Shown here: positions 57,888-64,000 of the stretch, in pieces
Position numbering within the stretch: the first letter of the stretch is position 1
Layout: each line of letters opens with the position of its first letter
From: an uncultured Chloroflexia bacterium
GTDB lineage: Bacteria > Chloroflexota > Limnocylindria > Limnocylindrales > CSP1-4
NCBI GenBank assembly: GCA_963810285.1
Contig: CAWEMV010000002.1
Location: 280,404 to 344,403 of the forward strand
Direction: 5' to 3'
DNA: 64,000 nucleotides
Position numbers and translations under genes: made by a program
Notes under the pieces: generated by a model
What the model saw: the letters and a program-made list of their open reading frames with translations, nothing else
Told to the model about the DNA's origin: nothing
The model's database searches: none

Positions 57888-59861
57888 CTACACCTCCTCC
57901 CGCGCCGGCGGCTCGTCGTCGCGGGACCACACCTCCACCCCGACCAGGCCTCGCCGCGCCGGATCGAGCAGATCGCGCAGGCGGTCCGCCAGGCTGCGGT
58001 CCACGCGTCCGGGGACGTCGGGTCGGGCGACCTCAGTGTAGGCGCCCAGGGCACGGTAGCGTCGGTAGCGCTGGTCGACCAGGGTGTCGATCGGGATCTC
58101 GACGAGCGCATCGAGCCGGTCGATGATGATCGCCCGCAATCGGTCGGCGGTGGCGGCCGGCTCGTCGTGGGCGCCCTCGCCCGGTTCGGGCACCACGATG
58201 TCGACGACGCCGAGGGCGTGCTGATCGGCCGCCGACATGCGCATGGCCGCGGCCGCACTGGCCGCCTCGTCGGGCGTCCGCCACAGGATCGAGGCGCAGC
58301 CCTCCGGGCTGATGACCGAGTAGACCGCATTCTCGAGCGCGATGACGACGTCGCCGACGGCGATCGCCAGCGCCCCGCCGGAGCCGCCCTCGCCGGTGAT
58401 GATCGTGACGATGGGCGTGCGCAGGCGGCTCATCAACCCGATCGAACGGGCGATGGCCTCGGCGATCCCGCGCTCCTCGGACTCGGGTCCGGGGTGGGCG
58501 CCAGGCACGTCGACGAACGTGACGATCGGCAGCCCGGCGCGCTCTGCCAGCTCCATGACCCGCATCGCCTTGCGGTAGCCCTCCGGATGGGGCATGCCGA
58601 AGTTGCGCTTGATGTTCTCGTCGGTGTCGGCGCCCTTCTGCTGGCCGACGATGGCGACGCGTCGACCGTCGATGCGGGCGAGGCCGGCGACGATCGCCGC
58701 GTCGTCCCCGAACAAGCGGTCGCCATGGAGCTCGATGAACTCGTCGGCCATGGCGTCGACGAACTCGAGCGTTCGTGGCCGGTGCAGGTTGCGAGCCAGC
58801 AGGACACGAGCCCACACGTCGTCACGCGGCGCGGCCTCGGCCGCGGCGACCTCGACGACCCCATCGGCTGCCACGGCCGGCACCGTCACCGGCGTCGTCG
58901 CGTCGATCTCGTCGTCGCTCGACGAGCCGTCGCCGTTGGCCAGCTCGCCGACGCGGTCGGCGATGGTGGTCAGGAACGAGAACGGCCGGAATGCCGGGAC
59001 TTCCTCGATCGGCTCCGCCGGCTCGAACGACCCGCGGGCCGGCAACAGGCGGAGCAGGCTCGAGAGCTCGTCGTGGAGCTCGGGACGCACGACCACCCGG
59101 TCGACGAAGCCGTGGCTGAACAGGAACTCCGCGCGCTGGAAGCCGGGCGGCAGCTCGGCCGCGATCGTGCCGGCCGTGACCCGCGCCCCGGCGAAGCCGA
59201 TGAGGGCGTTGGGCTCGGCCACGTTCACGTCGCCGACCGCGGCGAACGACGCGAACACGCCACCGGTGGTCGGGTCGGACATGACCGAGATGAACGGCAC
59301 GCCGCCGGCCCGCAGTCGCTCGAGGGCGGCGAGCGTCTTGGCCAGCTGCATCAGGGCGAGCGTGCCCTCCTGCATCCGGGCGCCGCCCGATGCGCTGACG
59401 ACGATCAGCGGCACCCGCGCGGCGAGCGCGTGCTCCGCTGCGCGGGTCACCTTCTCGCCGACGACCGCGCCCATCGACCCGCCCATGAACCCGAAGTCCA
59501 TGACGCAGATCGCGAGCTCGTGCCCGCCGATCGCGCCTGTGCCCCACACGGCGGCGTCGCGCATCCCGGTCGCCAGCTGGGCGGCGGCGAGGCGGTCCGG
59601 GTAGGGCTTCTGGTCGACGAAGCCGAGGGCGTCGACCGACTGCAGCCCGGCATCGCGTTCCGACCAGGTGCCCGGGTCGAGCAGGTGGCCGAGGCGGGCC
59701 TCGGCGGACAGGCGGAAGTGGTGGCCGCAGGTCATGCACACCCGCAGGTTCTTGTCGAGCTGCTTGTTGAACAGCATCGTCGAGCAGGTCGGGCACTTGG
59801 TCCACAGGTCCGGCGGGTAGACGTCCCGGCGCGCCCGGAAGGAGGGCAGCTTGAGCGGCAT
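57888..59861 (-). CDS. accDA: Fused acetyl-CoA carboxylase carboxyltransferase beta-alpha (AccD-AccA)
   Basis: WTKCPTC..CMTC zinc finger, FMGGSMG, SGGARMQEG and PTTGGV, then LHGDR, NFGMPHPEGYRKA, GEGGSGGAL and YSVISPEG in a single ORF. Confidence 0.93.
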   Translation of the reverse strand: MPLKLPSFRARRDVYPPDLWTKCPTCSTMLFNKQLDKNLRVCMTCGHHFRLSAEARLGHLLDPGTWSERDAGLQSVDALGFVDQKPYPDRLAAAQLATGMRDAAVWGTGAIGGHELAICVMDFGFMGGSMGAVVGEKVTRAAEHALAARVPLIVVSASGGARMQEGTLALMQLAKTLAALERLRAGGVPFISVMSDPTTGGVFASFAAVGDVNVAEPNALIGFAGARVTAGTIAAELPPGFQRAEFLFSHGFVDRVVVRPELHDELSSLLRLLPARGSFEPAEPIEEVPAFRPFSFLTTIADRVGELANGDGSSSDDEIDATTPVTVPAVAADGVVEVAAAEAAPRDDVWARVLLARNLHRPRTLEFVDAMADEFIELHGDRLFGDDAAIVAGLARIDGRRVAIVGQQKGADTDENIKRNFGMPHPEGYRKAMRVMELAERAGLPIVTFVDVPGAHPGPESEERGIAEAIARSIGLMSRLRTPIVTIITGEGGSGGALAIAVGDVVIALENAVYSVISPEGCASILWRTPDEAASAAAAMRMSAADQHALGVVDIVVPEPGEGAHDEPAATADRLRAIIIDRLDALVEIPIDTLVDQRYRRYRALGAYTEVARPDVPGRVDRSLADRLRDLLDPARRGLVGVEVWSRDDEPPAREEV

Positions 59862-60298
59862 CAGACGACCCTCGTCCGCGCGACCGCCCGGATCGCGCGC
59901 GTCATGGGGTCATCCGTCGGCCGGCCGCGCCGCCACGCGACCCAGGCCGCGCCGGCCAGCGAGATCGCGGCGGACGTGAGCACGCCGCGGAGCACGACCG
60001 GGTGGACCTGGCCATGACGGCCGGGCGTGACGTCCTCGCGCGACGCGGCCACCGGGAACTCGATCAACGCCCCTGCTCGACCGGAACCGACCGCCGCCAG
60101 CCGAGCGGCGAGGGCCTCCTCGAAGCGGAATGACGGGTGATAGCGCGGCAGGGACCTCGCCAGTCGCTCCGCCGTCGCGCGGAGCTCGGGCGGGACGTCG
60201 GCCGTGTCGGCCGGCGCGCGGGCGATGAGCGAATCGAGATAGCGGTCGACGACGAGCGCCTCGATCTCTCCGTCGCGCGGTGACGAACCCGGGGTCAC
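59861..60298 (-). CDS. Small membrane protein, putative anti-sigma factor
   Basis: GTGA overlap with the ECF sigma stop, helical N-terminus (PSFRFEEALAARL) and a single TM helix. Confidence 0.65.
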   Translation of the reverse strand: MTPGSSPRDGEIEALVVDRYLDSLIARAPADTADVPPELRATAERLARSLPRYHPSFRFEEALAARLAAVGSGRAGALIEFPVAASREDVTPGRHGQVHPVVLRGVLTSAAISLAGAAWVAWRRGRPTDDPMTRAIRAVARTRVV

Positions 60299-60933
60299 GC
60301 CCTCCCCTCGCGGCGGGCGGCGAGGTCGCGTGCGACTCCGCGAAGACCGCGATGGATGAGGACCCGGACCGCCCCTTCCGACTTGTCGAGGACCGCGGCG
60401 ATCTCCGCGGTCGACATCTCGTGCACGAACCGCAGGATGACCGCCCGTCGGCGGTCGCCACCGAGCCGGTCGACCGCCCGCCACGCCGCCATCGCCGACT
60501 CTCGGTCGACGACGACCCGCTCGACGTCGGTCGGGTCGGGCGTGCCGAGCGCGGCGTCGAGTGGCGCCTCCGGCCGGCGTCGCCACCGCCGGCGTCGCTC
60601 GGCCACGACGTTGCGAGCGATCCGGAACAGCCAGATGCGGAACGTGGACGCACCTTCGCCGTCGTCCGGCCCGGCCCGCTCCTGGAAGCGTGGCAACCCG
60701 GCCAGGGCGGACAGGAACGTCCGCTCCGTGGCGTCTTCCGCCTCGTGGTGGTCGCCGAGCTCGTAGACCGCGTAGCTGTACACCTGGGCCACGTACTTCC
60801 TGTAGAGGGCGTCGAACCGCGCAGGATCGGCCCGGGCCGCGTCCACGAGCGACCGGTCGAGGTCGAGGTGGGCAAGACGCGGGCGAGCGGCCGCCTCCGG
60901 CCGCGACGTCTTCCTCAATGCCGGTCGCGCCAT
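60295..60933 (-). CDS. ECF-type RNA polymerase sigma factor
   Basis: FDALYRKY, AED...TF, FRIWLFRIARN and region 4 EIAAVLDKSEGAVRV..HRG. Confidence 0.93.
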   Translation of the reverse strand: MARPALRKTSRPEAAARPRLAHLDLDRSLVDAARADPARFDALYRKYVAQVYSYAVYELGDHHEAEDATERTFLSALAGLPRFQERAGPDDGEGASTFRIWLFRIARNVVAERRRRWRRRPEAPLDAALGTPDPTDVERVVVDRESAMAAWRAVDRLGGDRRRAVILRFVHEMSTAEIAAVLDKSEGAVRVLIHRGLRGVARDLAARREGRA

Positions 60934-60937
60934 GGCG

Positions 60938-61744
60938 TTACACCCCAGCCGGGGCTGGTCCGGCGACGCGGACGTGACGGATCTCGCCGACGAGCACCGG
61001 TCGGACCCCGTCGGGAGCCACGGGGTCGTCGATCAGGAGCGCACCGCTGTCGGGATCGACGCCGGCGGCACGGACCGTGGCGCTGGAGCCGTCGGGCGCG
61101 ATGAGATCGACCGGCCGGCCGGTCGTGACCTGTCGGGCGACCCAGCCGTCCGCCTCGAAGCCCGTCAGCCGGGCCGTGTGGACCATCGACTCCAGGCGGC
61201 CGAGGAAGACGTCGAGCAACGTCTCGCCGTCGATGGGGTGGCCCGCGACGGCGCGGAGCGAGGTCATCGCGCCGACGAGGTCGGCGGGGATGTCCTCGGC
61301 CGCCCAATCGACGTTGACCCCGATCCCGATGACCGCCCGCGGGTCGTCCGTCCCGAGCCCGTCGGTCTCGCCGAGAACGCCCGCGAGCTTACGGATCCGG
61401 CCGTCGTCGACGATCACGAGGTCGTTGGGCCACTTGAGCTCGACGGTCCCCGACGCTGCGCCGAGGGCCGCGTCGGCCGCCTCCGCCATCGCCACCGACA
61501 CGATGGCTGCCAGCCGCCAGGCATGCTCCGGGCGCAGCCACCATGGCCGGAAGCCGAGCGACAGCAGCAGCGACGATCCGGCCGGGGCCGTCCACGATCG
61601 ACCGTCGCGACCCCGGCCCGCGGTCTGCTCGTCGGCGATCGCGAGGCACACCTCCGGCGTCCCCTCATCGAGCCAGCCCCGCACGATGTCGTTGGTCGAG
61701 CCGACGACATCGAAGCGTTCACGGCGACCGAGGAAGGGGCTCAA
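60938..61744 (-). CDS. birA: Biotin--protein ligase (no DNA-binding domain)
   Basis: STN, QTAGRGR.GRSW, KWPND, KLAGVL and GIGVN. Confidence 0.93.
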   Translation of the reverse strand: MSPFLGRRERFDVVGSTNDIVRGWLDEGTPEVCLAIADEQTAGRGRDGRSWTAPAGSSLLLSLGFRPWWLRPEHAWRLAAIVSVAMAEAADAALGAASGTVELKWPNDLVIVDDGRIRKLAGVLGETDGLGTDDPRAVIGIGVNVDWAAEDIPADLVGAMTSLRAVAGHPIDGETLLDVFLGRLESMVHTARLTGFEADGWVARQVTTGRPVDLIAPDGSSATVRAAGVDPDSGALLIDDPVAPDGVRPVLVGEIRHVRVAGPAPAGV

Positions 61745-62250
61745 CCGGCCGCCGCGACCTCGACGGGCTCCGGGCGCTCGAGCTCGAACGCCTCGTGGAG
61801 CGCACGCAGGGCGGTCTCCAGCTCCTCCTCCGCGATCATGCAGGTGATGCGGACCTCCGAGGTCGAGATCATCTCGATGTTGACGTTGGCGTCGGCCAGC
61901 GTCCCGAACATCCGCGCCGCGTAGCCCGGAGCGTTGTGCAGGCCCGCGCCGACGATGCTCACCTTGGCCACCGACGCGTCGGTGGTCAGCTCACGGGCGC
62001 CGAGTTCGCGGACGATCGGCTCGAGCGTCTTCTTGGCCTTGCCGAGCTCGACCCGGGGGACCGTGAACGACATGTCGGTCTCGCCGCCGTGGCCGACGTT
62101 CTGGACGATCATGTCGACGTTGACGCCGGCGCCGGCGAGCGGCTCGAAGATGGCCCGGGCGATGCCCGGCCGGTCCGGCACCGCGACGATCGTGACCTTG
62201 GCGACGTTCCGGTCGTGGGCGAGGCCGCGGACCTTGTTGCGCTGCTCCAC
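61741..62250 (-). CDS. Aspartate kinase beta subunit from an in-frame internal start
   Basis: A perfect AAGGAGG (62259-62265) lies 8 nt before an in-frame GTG at codon 252, immediately before the ACT domains. Confidence 0.7.
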   Translation of the reverse strand: MEQRNKVRGLAHDRNVAKVTIVAVPDRPGIARAIFEPLAGAGVNVDMIVQNVGHGGETDMSFTVPRVELGKAKKTLEPIVRELGARELTTDASVAKVSIVGAGLHNAPGYAARMFGTLADANVNIEMISTSEVRITCMIAEEELETALRALHEAFELERPEPVEVAAAG

Positions 62251-63003
62251 GAGCGGGTCCTCCTTGATGAGCGTGCCCGGCGCGTCCTCGAACGAGCTGA
62301 GCACCTCGATGACGACATCGTTGATCCAGCCGAGCTCGACGGCGCGGACCTGCATGACCTGGGCGCCCTGGTGCGCGAGCTCGAGCATCTCCTCGTAGCC
62401 GATGAGGGGCAGCTGGCGGGCGACCGGCACCAGCCGTGGATCCGCCGTGTAGATGCCCCGAACGTCCGTGAAGATCTGGCAGCGCTCGGCGCGGAGCGAG
62501 GCCGCCAGCGCCACCGCCGTCGTGTCGCTGCCGCCGCGGCCGAGCGTGGTGATCTCCTGGTCGGTGGCCGACTGCGAGCTCTGCCCCTGGAAGCCGGCGA
62601 CGATGACGACCTTGCCGCTCTCGAGCTCGGCGCGGACCCGGCGCGGCTCGACGCCGGCGATGCGAGCCCGGCCGTAGGTGCCGTCGGTGGTGATGCCGGC
62701 CTGCGGCCCGCTCAGGCTGATGGCCGGGATGTCGATGGCGTGCAGCGCCATCGACAGGAGCGTCGCGCTCTGGTGCTCACCCGTGGCCAGCAGGACGTCG
62801 AGCTCGCGCGGGTCGGGCTCGTCGGTGATCGCGGCGGCGAGGCCGAGCAGCTCGTCGGTGGTGTCGCCCATCGCCGAGACCACGACCACCAGCGCGTGGC
62901 CAGCCGCGCGCTCGCGCGCGATGCGCCGGGCGACCCGCTTGATCCGGTCCGCTCCGGCGACCGACGAGCCGCCGAACTTCTGGACGACGAGGGGGGCGGG
63001 CAT
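61741..63003 (-). CDS. lysC: Aspartate kinase (alpha subunit)
   Basis: VQKFGGSS, VVSAMG, AGFQG, TTLGRGGSD, TADPR and two ACT domains. Confidence 0.96.
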   Translation of the reverse strand: MPAPLVVQKFGGSSVAGADRIKRVARRIARERAAGHALVVVVSAMGDTTDELLGLAAAITDEPDPRELDVLLATGEHQSATLLSMALHAIDIPAISLSGPQAGITTDGTYGRARIAGVEPRRVRAELESGKVVIVAGFQGQSSQSATDQEITTLGRGGSDTTAVALAASLRAERCQIFTDVRGIYTADPRLVPVARQLPLIGYEEMLELAHQGAQVMQVRAVELGWINDVVIEVLSSFEDAPGTLIKEDPLVEQRNKVRGLAHDRNVAKVTIVAVPDRPGIARAIFEPLAGAGVNVDMIVQNVGHGGETDMSFTVPRVELGKAKKTLEPIVRELGARELTTDASVAKVSIVGAGLHNAPGYAARMFGTLADANVNIEMISTSEVRITCMIAEEELETALRALHEAFELERPEPVEVAAAG

Positions 63004-63126
63004 CCCGGCATTCTACCGCCGGGGGTTCGCCGCTCCGGCCGTCCTTCCTTTGGGCGTCCCCGCGGTCATCCCGGCGGCGATCCTGGCGGCGGTCCACACG
63101 GCAGTCCCGGCGGCGGTCTCCACGGC

Positions 63127-63263
63127 GATGCGCCGATTTCGTCGCATCTGGGTCCTGCTTGGAGACAATTCGTGCACGGCGTCGGGTCGACGCCCAGGCG
63201 GACGCCTGGCGTCGTGCACGATCCTGCTCGACTCGACGCGAAGTGCGACGATTTCGGCGCATC
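63127..63263. repeat. Nested inverted-repeat element (REP/MITE-like)
   Basis: 20-bp arms at 63127-63146 and 63244-63263 (18/20 complementary) enclose a second IR at 63170-63183 and 63208-63221 (12/14). Confidence 0.65.
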
Positions 63264-63328
63264 CGATCGGCGGCACGATCCGATCGGCGGCACGATCCGA
63301 TCGGCGGCACGATCCGATCGGCGACAGC
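63261..63328. repeat. 17-bp tandem repeat (3 perfect copies + 1 degenerate)
   Basis: ATCCGATCGGCGGCACG at 63261, 63278 and 63295, and ATCCGATCGGCGACAGC at 63312. Confidence 0.9.
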
Positions 63329-63349
63329 ATCCCGGAGGTCGCGTTCCAG

Positions 63350-64000
63350 ATGTGCTTCGATCACGACAGTCGACCGCCCATCGACCCGATCGCTGGTGCC
63401 GCCCTCGACGGCCGGCTGGTCGAGGTCGCGGCCGACGACGGCAACCGCTTCGCAGCGTTCCGTGCTCGCCCGACGAAGCCGAACGGGTCCGGCGTCGCGA
63501 TCCTGCCGGACGTCCGCGGTCTCCATCCCTTCTACGAGGAGCTCGCGCTGCGCTTCGCGGAACGGGGCGTCGATGCCCTGGCGATCGACTGGTTCGGCCG
63601 GACTGCCGGCGCGAACCGGCGCGGCGAAGGCTTCGACCACATGCCCCACGTGCAGGCCACGACGTGGGCGGGCATCTCGGCGGATGTCGCCGCTGCGGTG
63701 GCCTCGCTCCGCGACGACGGCGTCGCGACCACCTTCACCATCGGGTTCTGCATGGGCGGACGGATGTCGTTCCTCGCCACGACGCTCGGGCTCGACCTGG
63801 CCGGCGCGATCGGCCTGTACGGCACGCTCGAGGGACCTTGGCGCAACGACGCACCGGCGCCGCTCGACCGGCTCGACGATGTGGCATCCCCGGTCCTCGG
63901 CTTGTTCGGCGGCGCCGACGGGGCGATCACGGCCGATGCGGTCGCGGCGTTCGACCGCGGGCTCACCAAGCGTGGCGTCGACCACCGGGTCGTGACCTAC
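63350..64000 (+). CDS. Dienelactone hydrolase family protein; 3' end runs off the window
   Basis: Manual translation from ATG 63350 (GGAGG upstream): MCFDHDSRPP...LPDVRGLHPFYEELA...TIGFCMGG (nucleophile Cys). Confidence 0.9.
   Translation, partial: MCFDHDSRPPIDPIAGAALDGRLVEVAADDGNRFAAFRARPTKPNGSGVAILPDVRGLHPFYEELALRFAERGVDALAIDWFGRTAGANRRGEGFDHMPHVQATTWAGISADVAAAVASLRDDGVATTFTIGFCMGGRMSFLATTLGLDLAGAIGLYGTLEGPWRNDAPAPLDRLDDVASPVLGLFGGADGAITADAVAAFDRGLTKRGVDHRVVTY

Noticed and set aside
63004-63126. Lysine riboswitch upstream of lysC
   Set aside because: No L-box consensus is recognisable, and TAGAAT 6 nt before the ATG suggests a leaderless transcript.
63261-63328. Possible CRISPR array
   Set aside because: The 17-bp units are directly adjacent with no spacers, and there are no cas genes.

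Overview
Very high-GC bacterial chromosomal segment with about 56 genes, mostly on the minus strand. The gene set (thyX, a TPR-HIRAN-like protein, C-terminally anchored solute-binding proteins, an F420-dependent reductase) suggests a Chloroflexota-like monoderm soil or sediment organism, but this taxonomy is inference only. From left to right it holds: MFS, aldolase and aquaporin genes; a peptide/nickel-type ABC operon with two binding proteins and three single-base frameshifts; amine and amide catabolic enzymes; a cyclic-nucleotide module (STAND adenylate/guanylate cyclase, two stand-alone cNMP-binding proteins and a FOXRED2-like flavoprotein); thyX; a PNP-macrodomain-AlkZ operon with a long structured leader and DnaA-box-like motifs; moaA; a coiled-coil protein plus REC-MinD/CpaE pair; acs, mscS and an IclR-aminotransferase unit; a DNA-metabolism-like locus; two GAF-GGDEF cyclases; a fatty-acid/ACC operon with fused accD-accA, an embedded ECF sigma factor and a lysine-less biotin-carrier paralogue; birA; aspartokinase with an in-frame beta-subunit start; and a palindromic/tandem repeat region. 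The strongest candidate for an undescribed system is 40265-47191. There, two tandem, diverged ~145-nt rod-shaped non-coding RNA candidates with a compensatory base change (44091-44397) lie between PolX/PHP plus a membrane protein on one side, and a TPR-HIRAN-like acidic-tail protein plus a degenerate DNA methyltransferase fused to a PD-(D/E)xK-like domain on the other. No rRNA, tRNA, CRISPR array or transposase was seen. All product calls come from reading motifs by eye; no database search was run.
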